Source: Gaiellaceae bacterium (GTDB lineage: Bacteria > Actinomycetota > Thermoleophilia > Gaiellales > Gaiellaceae). From it: 51,030 bases of DNA. The position numbers and the translations under genes are program-made. The notes below the pieces were generated by a model, which was not told the origin of the DNA, did not search any database, and saw nothing but the letters and a program-made list of their open reading frames with translations. Shown here piece by piece: positions 10,501-20,124 of the stretch (the stretch's first letter is position 1; every line of letters begins with the position of its first letter). The DNA is taken from NCBI GenBank assembly GCA_045806505.1, contig JBJMJE010000187.1, forward strand, positions 1 through 51,030, in the 5' to 3' direction.

Positions 10501-10760
10501 CCCTCGCCGCGCGTGATCATGATGATCCCGCACTTGATGCCGAACTGCTGATGCCACACGCCGCACGGGCCGATGATGCTCGTGTCGTCGTCGGGATGGG
10601 CCCACTCGCCCATCACGTTGATCTTGATCGGATTGTCGACCGAGTACGACGTCGACTGCGCCGTGCTTCCCGACGCGGCTGCGACCACGGCTGCGAATAC
10701 GAGCGCCGTCAGGACAAGGCCAAACCGTCTCACGTCAGTTCCTCCCTTTTCTCGCCACAA
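7581..10760 (-). CDS. Secreted PIG-L/LmbE-family de-N-acetylase fused to Ig-like/NEW3-type and CBM9-like carbohydrate-binding regions
   Basis: 1059 aa. Signal peptide RRFGLVLTALVFAAVVAAASGS. PIG-L motifs are AHPDDD, ITRGEGGGN and GHGNHQQAG. The C-terminus has a CBM9-like segment (NLYFFVHIRDD ... DSVEFLIDP). Confidence 0.8.
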   Translation of the reverse strand: MWREKGGTDVRRFGLVLTALVFAAVVAAASGSTAQSTSYSVDNPIKINVMGEWAHPDDDTSIIGPCGVWHQQFGIKCGIIMITRGEGGGNAVGTEIGPALGLRRENEDRSAHYRSGTTDIFNIDKVDFFFNQSAPETQFFWGHDDTLRRVTRIIRMTQPDVYIGFTPTLGAGHGNHQQAGRFIWEGMLAAANAAMFPDQLTGPDALGTWQVKKIFSGGSTAGTGGTTTAADCTTGFVPTPGTNLDTVVGAWTGYNSPYLWPAGNIQGKPAGTPKIWAQVASEGSSAYPTQSRVMFQGSANPGCSRFGQTMAFVPFQPNTNPDGTANPLAGKDNAILYGATDQDPGGLPLGTLEYLTFNRFFNVAGQSFTATLHLTAPGSSSIPAGSVALTVPSGWTVDAAKPVAPIPAGGSATIDFTVTPSASAVTSNFKIAAQYTGGAVTGYTDNVVRVVPAVEGRFHRWGKYAEFDQWLTGTAPQALRLGRSAAVQSMGMGETVSFPVDVHNWSTTPQSGTVTITAPADFTLDATSKPYGPLAPGADTTVVFTLTNTDTTLPGAAINDPGTTTLQKSITIATSYSTPASSASETLTMTVAPSTNVPVSASAPVMDGQEDASVYTGPALDLSRKWSGSACAPAGVDCGTAGTPGDATSSYGRVAVNNDNLYFFVHIRDDFQSYAVTPQECVAHWLADSVEFLIDPRGDSSLNNFDTGTTFKLGVFPFTNDPANFNGNGPNGACWERDADNHQGYATGPLAATVDQAPNAPGVQVVSTATWVGSNSTTVDHSYGAAGGYNLEVKIPLADLPSAIGPTSSPPTGSAATNAINPQHLGLNITPYDEDNTAAAGTTTLRHIDQSTRLAFSNDTGGVQADPFRWGHAYIPGYTPPAGRSTTPATPNVSHPNLDGVLSPQTIYQSATDGVPISGRDPAPTNDRIAIEKVKLNPEKVEFDFSATGPGTVHVFLWTGDHASIPVFLSSCGLANDPPPDYGFTPCAVTDGGIPPWSPDMSGRVVATATATIGSVRAKVKFDLSPGQADMLAAGGSALISFETPNDEVQALFVPSFDQ

Positions 10761-11016
10761 AAGCCGAATTCAGGTGCGTCAAATCGTCAGGCGTCCCCTT
10801 GAAACCGTGTGCCAGCGCGAACGAAGCCGAACACCCCTCCCCGCACGGCTGCCTCCCGGCGACGGACCCTTTCAACGCGCGCGCCGGAAGTCAAGACTCG
10901 ATGGGGTGCCCGCGGCGCAGCATGTGCGAACCCCGCCGAACACCGTAGGATCGCCGCGGAATGCGCAGAGGTGCTTCCGGCGCAGCGACGATGCGAGGTG
11001 AGGAGGTCGTAGACGC

Positions 11017-12357
11017 ATGAAGATCGCGGTCCTCGGCGGCGGCGGGTTCCGCGTCCCTCTCGTGTACGGCGCGTTGCTCGCTCGCGCCGAGCTGCTCGGA
11101 CTGCAGCACGTCTCGCTCTACGACGTCGACGCTTCGCGCCTCGCGCAGATAACTCCGGTGCTGCAAGGGCTCGAGCAGGAGCGGGGGACGCGGCTCGCGT
11201 TCGCGGCGACGACGAGTCTCGACGACGCGCTCGACGGTGCCGACTTCGTCTTCTGCGCCATCCGCGTCGGAAACCTCGAGGGACGCGTCGTGGACGAGCG
11301 AGTGCCGCTCGAGGAGGGAGTCGTCGGCCAGGAGACGACCGGGCCCGGCGGGCTCTGCTTCGCCCTGCGGACGGTTCCCGTGATGGACGAGCTCGCGCGC
11401 CGTGTCGCGCAGCGTGCGCCGGACTCCTGGTTCGTGAACTTCACGAACCCCGCGGGACTCGTCACGGAGGCGCTCCGTGACGAGCTCGGGGATCGTGCAG
11501 TGGGAATCTGCGACTCGCCTGCCGGGCTCTGCCGTCGAGTCGCGGCGGCGCTCGAGCGCGACCCGGAGGAGCTCTGGTTCGACTACTTCGGCCTCAACCA
11601 CCTCGGCTGGCTGCGCTCCGTCCACGACGGCACGCGCGATCTGCTGCCCGCGCTGCTCGGCGACGACAAGCGTCTCGCCACCTTCGAGGAAGGACGTCTC
11701 TTCGGCGGCGAGTGGCTGCGCGCCCTCGGGATGATCCCGAACGAGTACCTCTTCTTCTACTACTTCGCCGCCGACACGGTGGGGGCGCTGCGGTCGGGGC
11801 TCGAGTCGCGCGGTGAGTTCCTGCTGCATCAGCAGGCCGCCTTCTACGGCGAGAACGGGCGCAAGCCTGCGGAGGCGCTCGACGCGTGGCGCCGCACCCG
11901 ACGCGAGCGCGAGGAGACGTACTTCGCGGAGGCGCATGCCGCCGCGGACATCGAGACGACGGAGACGTGGGACGACGTCGGCGGCTACGAGGGGCAAGCC
12001 CTCGCCGTCGTCGAGGCGATCGCCCTTGATCGGCGCCGCGTGATGATCCTCAACACCGCGAACCGGAGCAGCCTGCCCTTCCTCGACGCAGAAGCCGTCG
12101 TCGAGGTTCCCTGCGTCGTCGACCGCACGGGCGTGCGACCGCTCGCAACGGGGGATGTGCCGACTCACGCGCGAACGCTCGTCGCATCGATCAAGGAGGT
12201 CGAGCGACTGACCATTCGTGCGGCGCGAACCAGGTCTCGTGACGCCGCCTTGAAGGCGCTCGCCTTGCACCCGCTCGTTCCGTCCGTCAATGTCGCACGG
12301 CGTATCCTCGACGCTTACTCCGTACGCCAGGCCGAGCTGGTGGAGCTTTTCTCATGA
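11017..12357 (+). CDS. Glycoside hydrolase family 4, 6-phospho-beta-glucosidase type (CelF/ChbF/LicH-like)
   Basis: 446 aa. N-terminal NAD fold MKIAVLGGGG. GH4 hallmark VNFTNPAGLVTEAL...GICDSP. Strong SD gaggtgaggagg. Confidence 0.85.
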   Translation: MKIAVLGGGGFRVPLVYGALLARAELLGLQHVSLYDVDASRLAQITPVLQGLEQERGTRLAFAATTSLDDALDGADFVFCAIRVGNLEGRVVDERVPLEEGVVGQETTGPGGLCFALRTVPVMDELARRVAQRAPDSWFVNFTNPAGLVTEALRDELGDRAVGICDSPAGLCRRVAAALERDPEELWFDYFGLNHLGWLRSVHDGTRDLLPALLGDDKRLATFEEGRLFGGEWLRALGMIPNEYLFFYYFAADTVGALRSGLESRGEFLLHQQAAFYGENGRKPAEALDAWRRTRREREETYFAEAHAAADIETTETWDDVGGYEGQALAVVEAIALDRRRVMILNTANRSSLPFLDAEAVVEVPCVVDRTGVRPLATGDVPTHARTLVASIKEVERLTIRAARTRSRDAALKALALHPLVPSVNVARRILDAYSVRQAELVELFS

Positions 12358-13256
12358 CTTTCGACGTCGTCTGCACAGGGCCCGTGTTCCTCGACCTGAC
12401 CTTCGAGGGTCTGGACGAGCTGCCGGCGCCGGGGCGAGAATGCTTCGCGCTCGAGCTGCACGAGACGCCCGGCGGCGCGGCGATCACAGCGATCGGCCTC
12501 GCGCGCCTCGGCCTGCGCGTGGCCGTCGCCGCGCCGCTCGCGAGCGACGTCGCCGGCACGACCGTCTCGCGTCTGCTCGAAGCCGAGGGCGTCACCTGCG
12601 TCGGAGCGACGAGCGTTCGCACACCCGTGACAGCGGTTCTCCCGCTCGACGGCGACCGGGCATTCGTCACCTATGACCCCTCCGCGAGCGTCGAGCCGGC
12701 GCTCGTCGAGCGGCTGCGGCCGCGGGCGGTGGTCGTGGGGCTGGATCAGCTGCAGCTCATTCCCGACGACGCCCTCGCTTACGTCGTCGTCGGGGACCGA
12801 GAAGCCGAGCTCTACGCGGGTGCGCCTCCGCCGGACCTCTGTCGCGCGCAGGTGCTGCTCGCCAACCGCTCGGAAGCGGAGCGGCTGACCGGCGAGCGCG
12901 ATGCGGCAGCAGCGGCATCCGTGCTCGCGCAGCAGGTGCCGGTCGCCGTCGTCAGCTGCGGCGGCGTCGGCGCCGTCGCCGCCTCCGACGGCAACGTGTT
13001 CGACTGCCCCGCTCCTCCGGTCGAGGTGCGGGACACGACGGGCGCCGGCGACCTGCTCGCCGCCGCCTACGTGTGGGCGGACCTGGAAGGACTGCCGCTC
13101 GTCGAGCGGCTGCGTCGGGCGGTCGTGTACTCCGCCCTCTCCGTGCGGGCGGCCACCGGGGCCGCCGGCGCGGCCACGTACGACGAGCTCGAGCGCGCCC
13201 TCGCCGAGCTCGACCCGGCGATCATGCAAACGGCATCGGCAAAGGAGGGTGCATGA
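12354..13256 (+). CDS. PfkB-family carbohydrate kinase
   Basis: 300 aa. ATGA start/stop overlap with the GH4 gene. PfkB signature DTTGAGDLLAAAYV. Confidence 0.8.
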   Translation: MTFDVVCTGPVFLDLTFEGLDELPAPGRECFALELHETPGGAAITAIGLARLGLRVAVAAPLASDVAGTTVSRLLEAEGVTCVGATSVRTPVTAVLPLDGDRAFVTYDPSASVEPALVERLRPRAVVVGLDQLQLIPDDALAYVVVGDREAELYAGAPPPDLCRAQVLLANRSEAERLTGERDAAAAASVLAQQVPVAVVSCGGVGAVAASDGNVFDCPAPPVEVRDTTGAGDLLAAAYVWADLEGLPLVERLRRAVVYSALSVRAATGAAGAATYDELERALAELDPAIMQTASAKEGA

Positions 13257-14587
13257 ACCTCTCGAGGAGGCTCAAGCTGGCCGTCGCTCTCGCGGCGGGG
13301 ATCGGGCTGCTCGTGCTCGCAGGCGGCGCTGCGGGCGCACACATGGGACCGAACGCGGCCAACGCGAAGCACGCGTCGGTCACGTTGCTCGTCTGGGACC
13401 AGGAGGTCCGCGGCGGGCAGAACGCGTCGATGAAGGCTCTCAACGCCGCATTCGAGAAGAAGTTCCCGGACATCAAGATCAACCGCGTGGCCAAGTCCTT
13501 CACGGACCTCCAGGCCACGCTGAAGCTGGCAGCGTCCGGACCGAACCCGCCCGACGTCGTCGAGGCGAACAACGGCTACTCCGCGATGGGCCCGCTCGTG
13601 AAGGCGAACCTGCTGCTCTCGCTCAACAAGTACGCGGCGAAGTACGGCTGGAACGGCCGCTACTCGGCCGGGATCCTGCGGATGAACAAGTTCTCGGCCG
13701 ACACGAAGAAGTTCGGCACCGGCAATCTCTACGGGCTCCCGATGACCGGCGAGGTCGTCGGCGTCTACTACAACAAGGCGAAGCTGCGCAAGCTCGGGCT
13801 GAAGGTGCCGGCGACGTTCGCCGCGTTCCAGCAGGCGCTCGCGAAGGCGAAGGCCGGCGGCGAGACGCCGATCCAGTTCGGGAACCTCGACAAGTGGCCG
13901 GGGATCCACGAGTTCGAGGAGCTCATGCTCCAGAGCGTCAACAAGACGTACGCCAGGAACTTCATCTTCGGCGCCGGCGGCGGGAAGACGAACTTCCAGT
14001 CGAAGGGCACCGTCGCCGCGGCGACGATGCTCCAGAACTGGGCGAACAACGGCTACTTCACGAACGGCTACTCCGGTCTCGGCTACGACCCGTCCTGGCA
14101 GGCGTTCGGCAAGGGCACGGGCGTGTTCCTGATCAGCGGCAGCTGGCTCACCGCAGACCTGAAGAAGGCGCTCGGCAAGGACGTCGGGTTCTTCCTGCTT
14201 CCGCCGGCGAAGGGCAAGGCGCTGGCAACGCTCGGCGGCGAGGGGCTGCCGTGGTCGATCAGCACCAAGTCGGACAACGCCGACGCCGCTGCGACGTACC
14301 TCAACTTCATCACCAGCAACTCTTCGATGAAGGTCGTCGCGAAGAACGGCCAGCTCACCGCCTCGAAGGCGAAGGTCAAGTTCCCCGCGGGCCTGGACAC
14401 CGACGTCAACAACGCGTGGACGAAGGCGAACAAGCAGGACGCGGTCGTCCCGTATCTCGACTGGGCGACGCCGACGATGTACGACACGATCACGGCGGCG
14501 ATCCAGGAGCTCATCGGCGGCAAGAAGACGCCGTCCTCCTTCGCCCAGACGGTTCAGTCCGACTACTCGAAGTTCCACAAGAGCTGA
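13253..14587 (+). CDS. ABC transporter extracellular sugar-binding protein (CUT1 family)
   Basis: ATG at 13253 overlaps the kinase stop (ATGA), with SD aaggaggg. Signal peptide MNLSRRLKLAVALAAGIGLLVLAGG. The track ORF 13073.. starts too far upstream. Confidence 0.85.
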   Translation: MNLSRRLKLAVALAAGIGLLVLAGGAAGAHMGPNAANAKHASVTLLVWDQEVRGGQNASMKALNAAFEKKFPDIKINRVAKSFTDLQATLKLAASGPNPPDVVEANNGYSAMGPLVKANLLLSLNKYAAKYGWNGRYSAGILRMNKFSADTKKFGTGNLYGLPMTGEVVGVYYNKAKLRKLGLKVPATFAAFQQALAKAKAGGETPIQFGNLDKWPGIHEFEELMLQSVNKTYARNFIFGAGGGKTNFQSKGTVAAATMLQNWANNGYFTNGYSGLGYDPSWQAFGKGTGVFLISGSWLTADLKKALGKDVGFFLLPPAKGKALATLGGEGLPWSISTKSDNADAAATYLNFITSNSSMKVVAKNGQLTASKAKVKFPAGLDTDVNNAWTKANKQDAVVPYLDWATPTMYDTITAAIQELIGGKKTPSSFAQTVQSDYSKFHKS

Positions 14588-15552
14588 GCCTCGCCGAGCA
14601 GAACACCGAGCCGGCTTCCGCAGCACTCGCGCTGCGGAAGCCGGCACGGCTTCGGCGGCGGGACCCGGGAGACCGCGCCGAGCCGCCGGGCGCGCCGCGG
14701 CGGATCGCCTACCTCTACCTGCTGCCCGCGCTCGCCGTGTACGCGGCGTTCGTCCTCGCGCCGCTCGGGCATACGATCTGGCTCTCGCTGCACGCGTGGG
14801 ATGGCCTGACGCCGAAGACCTGGGTCGGCCTCGACAACTACAGCGAGATCCTCCACGACGCGGCGCTGCGCTCGGCCTTCGAGCACTCGTTCGTCCTCAT
14901 CTTCTTCTATGCCGTCATCCCGGTCACGCTCGCGCTCGTGCTCGTCGGCGCGCTGTCGCGCGCGCAGGTGCGCGGGCAGGCGGGCTTCAGGACCGTGCTC
15001 TTTCTGCCGCAGGTGATCCCGCTCGTCGTCGTCGCAGTGATCTGGCGGATGATCTACGCGCCGGAGGGACCGCTGAACAACGCGCTCGACGCAATCGGCC
15101 TCGGCTCCCTCGCCCGGCCGTGGCTCGGCGACTTCACGTGGGCGCTGCCGTCGATCGGCTTCGTCGGCACGTGGGTAATGTCCGGGCTCGCGCTCGTGCT
15201 GTTCATGGCCGGCGTGCAGAAGATCCCGCAGAGCCTGTACGACGCCGCGCGCGTCGACGGCGCAGGGCCGCTGCGCGAGTTCTTCGCCGTCACATTGCCG
15301 AACCTGCGCGGCGAGATCGCGGTCGCGCTCACGCTGACGACGATCGCGGCGCTGCGGAACTTCGACCTCGTCTACATCACGACGCAGGGAGGCCCCGGTA
15401 ACGCAACGTCGGTGCCTTCGTTCCAGGTCTACAACCGCGCGTTCCAGATCGGAGAGATCGGCTCCGCGTGCGCGGTCGGCTTCACGCTGGCCTGCGTCAT
15501 CTTCGTGCTCGCGTTCGCGATCACTCGCGTCGCCGATCGGGGCCAGACGTGA
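14584..15552 (+). CDS. ABC sugar transporter permease 1 (MalF/UgpA-like); start codon uncertain
   Basis: The C-terminal 320 aa of track ORF 12901..15552 is a typical permease (RRIAYLYLLPALAVYAAFVLAP..., EAA-loop region DAARVDGAGPLREF). There is no in-frame ATG, GTG or TTG between 14419 and the first TM segment, so I provisionally place the start at CTG 14584, which overlaps the binding-protein stop. Confidence 0.75.
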   Translation: MSLAEQNTEPASAALALRKPARLRRRDPGDRAEPPGAPRRIAYLYLLPALAVYAAFVLAPLGHTIWLSLHAWDGLTPKTWVGLDNYSEILHDAALRSAFEHSFVLIFFYAVIPVTLALVLVGALSRAQVRGQAGFRTVLFLPQVIPLVVVAVIWRMIYAPEGPLNNALDAIGLGSLARPWLGDFTWALPSIGFVGTWVMSGLALVLFMAGVQKIPQSLYDAARVDGAGPLREFFAVTLPNLRGEIAVALTLTTIAALRNFDLVYITTQGGPGNATSVPSFQVYNRAFQIGEIGSACAVGFTLACVIFVLAFAITRVADRGQT

Positions 15553-16367
15553 TTGCAAGACGCGAGCAGGTCCTGAATTACGCGATCCTGATCGTCTTCT
15601 CGCTCGTCGCGCTGTATCCGGTGCTCGGGATCCTCTCGACCGCACTCAGCGCACCCGGCGACACGGCCGGCTTCCACCTGCCGTCCGGCCTCCACTTCTC
15701 CAACTTCACGAACGCCTGGACGGAGGGCCATTTCTCCTCGTATCTCCGCTCGAGCGCGATCGTCGCGGTGAGCGTCGTCGCGATCTCGACAGTGCTGTCG
15801 ATCCTCTCCGGCTACGCGTTCGGGGTGATGCGCTTCCGCGGCGCGACCGTGCTCTTCTACGTGTTCCTGCTCGGGTTGATGGTCCCCGAGGAGGCGCTGA
15901 TCGTCCCGCTCTACTTCGACCTGCGCGACCTCAACCTCACGGACACCTACTGGTCGCTGATCATGCCGCAGGTCGCGCTCTCGGTCGCCTTCGGAACCTT
16001 CTGGATGCGTGCGTTCTTCGTCTCGACGCCGCGCTCGCTGCTCGAGGCAGCGCGCATCGACGGGGCATCGAGTTGGATGACGCTGTGGCGCGTGCTCGTG
16101 CCGTTCGGGCGGCCGGCGATCCTCACGATGATGGTGCTCGTTTTCATGTGGACGTGGAACGAGTTTCTGCTCGCCCTCGTCATGGTCTCGAAGGAGAACC
16201 TGCGGACGGCGCCGCTCGGGCTCGCGTTCTTCCAGGGTCAGCACACCTCCGACCTGACGCTGCTCGCGGCAGGCGCTGTGATCGTCGCGACGCCGGTCGT
16301 GATCGTCTACGTCTTCCTCCAGCGCCACTTCATCCGCGGCATGCTCACGGGCGCAGTGAAGGGCTAG
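15549..16367 (+). CDS. ABC sugar transporter permease 2 (MalG/UgpE-like)
   Basis: GTG at 15549 overlaps the stop of permease 1 (GTGA). VLNYAILIVFSLVALYPVLG... and EAARIDGASSWMTLWRV. Confidence 0.85.
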   Translation: MIARREQVLNYAILIVFSLVALYPVLGILSTALSAPGDTAGFHLPSGLHFSNFTNAWTEGHFSSYLRSSAIVAVSVVAISTVLSILSGYAFGVMRFRGATVLFYVFLLGLMVPEEALIVPLYFDLRDLNLTDTYWSLIMPQVALSVAFGTFWMRAFFVSTPRSLLEAARIDGASSWMTLWRVLVPFGRPAILTMMVLVFMWTWNEFLLALVMVSKENLRTAPLGLAFFQGQHTSDLTLLAAGAVIVATPVVIVYVFLQRHFIRGMLTGAVKG

Positions 16368-16369
16368 CT

Positions 16370-17455
<1,086 letters not shown>

Positions 17456-17530
17456 GTCCGCCTCGCTCATTCGCCAGTCAGGCGAGAGCACGCACGCCCA
17501 GACGACGATTGTCGCTGAGACACTCCATGG

Positions 17531-18037
17531 GTGGTAGCGCCGCCGACGATTCGATTCGACGACGAGTTCGTTCTCGAGGGTTGGAGAGCCGAGGACGCCG
17601 CGAGCCATCGCGCCTTTGCTGAGGATGCGGCCGCCGCACGCTTCTTCGGTTGGACGGTCGAGGAGGCGCGGGCGAAACCCGATGTGCACTACGTCGGCGT
17701 GATCGAGCGATTTCAGGACGAGTGGGTTGCGGGTTCGCGGCTGTCGCTCGCGATTCGGCGAGTGGCGACGGGCGAGGCGGTGGGCGCCGTCGAGCTTCGC
17801 CCGGTCGACGATGCGGTGGAGGTGTCTTATCTCGTCGCGCCGGCCTTTCGCGGGCAGGCTCTGGCGCCTCGTGCTCTGAGCGCAGCGTTGGACTGGGCGT
17901 CGCGTGAACTTTGTGTTAGTCGCGCCCTGCTGACCTGTGACGTTGAGAACGTTGCGTCGCGAAGGGTGGCCGCGAAGTGCGGCTTCATCCCGGCGGAGCG
18001 CGACGGCGATGAGTTGCTCTTCATCCGTGATCTCTAG
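17531..18037 (+). CDS. GNAT-family N-acetyltransferase (RimJ/RimL-like)
   Basis: 168 aa. The fold pattern is typical: ...VGAVELRP...VEVSYLVAPAFRGQALAPRAL... Confidence 0.7.
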   Translation: MVAPPTIRFDDEFVLEGWRAEDAASHRAFAEDAAAARFFGWTVEEARAKPDVHYVGVIERFQDEWVAGSRLSLAIRRVATGEAVGAVELRPVDDAVEVSYLVAPAFRGQALAPRALSAALDWASRELCVSRALLTCDVENVASRRVAAKCGFIPAERDGDELLFIRDL

Positions 18038-18039
18038 CG

Positions 18040-18262
18040 CGCGAGGAGCTGGCTGCTCTGACGCCGTTCGCGGGCGCTGCCCGGCCGACGCGCCGGAGCC
18101 GCTCCCGCATCAGACGGCGTCGAAGGCGAGCTCCCGGATCGCGTCCCAGTCTTCCGGGGGAACGCCCGCAAGGTCGATCGGTCGATCGTTGCGGCGGCAG
18201 AGCTCGTCGAGCCACACCCACGTGTTCAGCTCGTAGATCACGGGGTTCTCGACCATTGTCAT
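18040..18262 (-). pseudogene. Remnant of an alpha-amylase-family (GH13-like) gene: only the first 50 codons are intact
   Basis: Not in the ORF track (<60 aa). Minus-strand ATG at 18262/18256 with SD gagga. MTMVENPVIYELNTWVWLDELCRRNDRPIDLAGVPPEDWDAIRELAFDAV then TGA at 18112-18110, where homologs as I recall them continue WLMGVWERSPAG. A shifted frame still reads LMRER..RAAPANGV before running into the GNAT gene. Confidence 0.45.
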
Positions 18263-18311
18263 CCTCGCTGCGGGTCGCAACCTCGCGAGCGAGGGCGTCG
18301 GACTTCTCTGC

Positions 18312-19034
18312 TCATGAGCCCATCTCCATCGACGGCGAGCCGGCCGGCTCGGTCAGCCCGGGCACGCTCGCCGGAGAGACGGCGACCCAGATTCCGAGGA
18401 CGACCATCGCGACTGCGAAGACGGGTGCGAGCCGCGGGCCGCGCGGCAGAGCCTTCTCCGCGAAGATCACGATGGCGACCACGGCCATCCAGAAGAGGCT
18501 CATCGCGCCGAGTACGAAGAGGACCACCATCAGGGCGCCGGAACAGCCGACGCAGGCGAAGCCGTGCACGAGACCGCCCTGGAACGCGTTCCCGTGCAGA
18601 GCGCTGCGGCAGCGGCGAAGGCTGACCCGCTTCAACCGTGTCAGCTCGTAGAGGCCGGCAGCGACGATCACGCAGCCGGCTGCAAGCGGGCCGCTCCGAT
18701 TCCAGGCGAGCCAGCCGACGTCGAACGAGGCCACGAGCCGGAAGATGCCGTACGCCAGCAGGCCGTAGCCCGTCCAGACCGCCAGGTATCCCGCAGTGAA
18801 AAGGACCGTAGCCGCGCCGTGCCGGGCGACCTGCCGCGCCGCGGGCGCCGCCGAAGGCAGCATCATCGCCGCCGTCATCGTGACCCAGATTCCGAGGTAC
18901 CAGCCGAGCCCGCCGAGGTCCGTGCCGGGGCCGTCGTCCATTCCGCGCATCCGGTCGACGGTGACCGCCCACGCGGCTGCTGCCCCGGCGGCCAGCACCA
19001 TCGTCGTTCGGCTGTGAGCCATGAAGTGCTTCAT
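18312..19034 (-). CDS. DUF2182-family integral membrane protein (predicted metal-binding)
   Basis: 240 aa, polytopic. WYLGIWVTMTAAMMLPSAAPA segment is typical of the family. Confidence 0.65.
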   Translation of the reverse strand: MKHFMAHSRTTMVLAAGAAAAWAVTVDRMRGMDDGPGTDLGGLGWYLGIWVTMTAAMMLPSAAPAARQVARHGAATVLFTAGYLAVWTGYGLLAYGIFRLVASFDVGWLAWNRSGPLAAGCVIVAAGLYELTRLKRVSLRRCRSALHGNAFQGGLVHGFACVGCSGALMVVLFVLGAMSLFWMAVVAIVIFAEKALPRGPRLAPVFAVAMVVLGIWVAVSPASVPGLTEPAGSPSMEMGS

Positions 19035-19154
19035 CGCGCGTGTAGACGTCCCGGAGGGCGAAAACTCATCGCCCTGATGCCGATGAGTTTCCGGAGGGTC
19101 GCCGGTCTATGTCCTGATCGGACTAGCGTCCACGTTCGACAGGAGGGAGACAAG

Positions 19155-19892
19155 ATGCCTGAGCACAGGATCAGCACGCGGGAGGAATGGCAGGCGGCGC
19201 GCGAGGAGCTCGCGAAGCTCGAGGCAGAGCAGGCAGGGAAAAACGAGGAGGTCAAGCGAAAGCGGCTCGAGCTCCCCTGGGTGCCGGTCGAGAAGGCGTA
19301 CGAGCTCGACACCGAGGACGGCAAGAAGACCCTCGCCGAGCTGTTCGACGGGCGCACCCAGCTCCTCGCCTACAACGTCATGTTCGGCCCCGACTACACG
19401 CTCGGCGCCTGCCCCGGCTGCAGCAGCCTGGCCGACGGACTCAACGGCTCGCTCGTCCACCTGAACCACCGCGACGTGACGCTGCTCTGTTTCTCGCGCG
19501 CGCCGATCGAGCGCTTGACGGCATACAAGGAGCGGATGGGCTGGGAGTTCCCCTACGTCTCGACCTACAACAGCGACTTCGCCTTCGATTTCGGCCTCGC
19601 GCTGCACGAGCAGCAGGCGCAGCAGATTCCCGAGCTCAAGGGGATGATCGACGACCCGCCGGACTGGCTCGAGGAGTGGTCGGGCCAGATCGGGGCCGAG
19701 CTCGAGGACGGACTGCGCGAGAACCCCGCCTGGATCGCCTTCGCGCGCGAGAACGGAACCGTCTACCACACGTACACCGTGTCGGCGCCCGACCCGTTCG
19801 TCGCGCCGTACTTCAGCTTCCTGCTCGAGCGAACGCCGAAAGAGCAGCCCGCCGAGCCGCGCACCTGGCGGAAGGACGAGTACCCGGACTGA
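19155..19892 (+). CDS. DUF899 thioredoxin-fold protein
   Basis: ATG at 19155 after aggaggga. LPWVPVEKAYELDTEDGKKTLAELFDGRTQLLAYNVMFGPD...CPGCS...YKERMGWEFPYVS. Confidence 0.85.
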   Translation: MPEHRISTREEWQAAREELAKLEAEQAGKNEEVKRKRLELPWVPVEKAYELDTEDGKKTLAELFDGRTQLLAYNVMFGPDYTLGACPGCSSLADGLNGSLVHLNHRDVTLLCFSRAPIERLTAYKERMGWEFPYVSTYNSDFAFDFGLALHEQQAQQIPELKGMIDDPPDWLEEWSGQIGAELEDGLRENPAWIAFARENGTVYHTYTVSAPDPFVAPYFSFLLERTPKEQPAEPRTWRKDEYPD

Positions 19893-20124
19893 ACCGATCG
19901 AACTCGTTGGGCTGAGCGCGGAGGTGAGCCTGATCGAGCAGCTCTCGACGCGGTCATCGACCAGCGTCCATTTTGCTGTTATGGTCGGAGACGCGATGAT
20001 CCGCTGGCGCGCGTTGGCGTTGCACCAGAACGGCTGATCCGCCGCTTCCACGACCAAGCGTCCGAGGAAGCGGCGGGACAGGGACGCGACCCCGACCGGC
20101 CGCCGTAGCGGCGCGGGTTCGCAC

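Noticed and set aside
7875-10605. 756-aa (+) and 638-aa (-) ORFs overlapping the PIG-L/CBM gene
   Set aside because: They are Arg-rich shadow frames without motifs. The 1059-aa frame carries the PIG-L and CBM signatures.
10891-12270. 459-aa antisense ORF opposite the GH4 gene, plus similar antisense ORFs at 179..1222, 16364..17689 and 19107..21011
   Set aside because: They have no motifs and Arg/Glu/Pro-rich composition. The opposite strand carries well-supported genes in each case.
12901-14583. N-terminal 560 aa of the 883-aa ORF 12901..15552
   Set aside because: This is an open frame running through the kinase and binding-protein genes out of frame. Only the last ~320 aa is a genuine ABC permease.
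18021-18221. 66-aa minus-strand ORF (MGVARRALPPQRSTDRP...)
   Set aside because: It is an Arg/Pro-rich frame. The neighbouring frame encodes the recognisable alpha-amylase-family N-terminus instead.
19919-20035. 38-codon ORF after ggaggtg in the DUF899-GTPase spacer
   Set aside because: The SD abuts the GTG with no spacing, the codon usage is atypical (cat ttt gct gtt), and there is no recognisable product.
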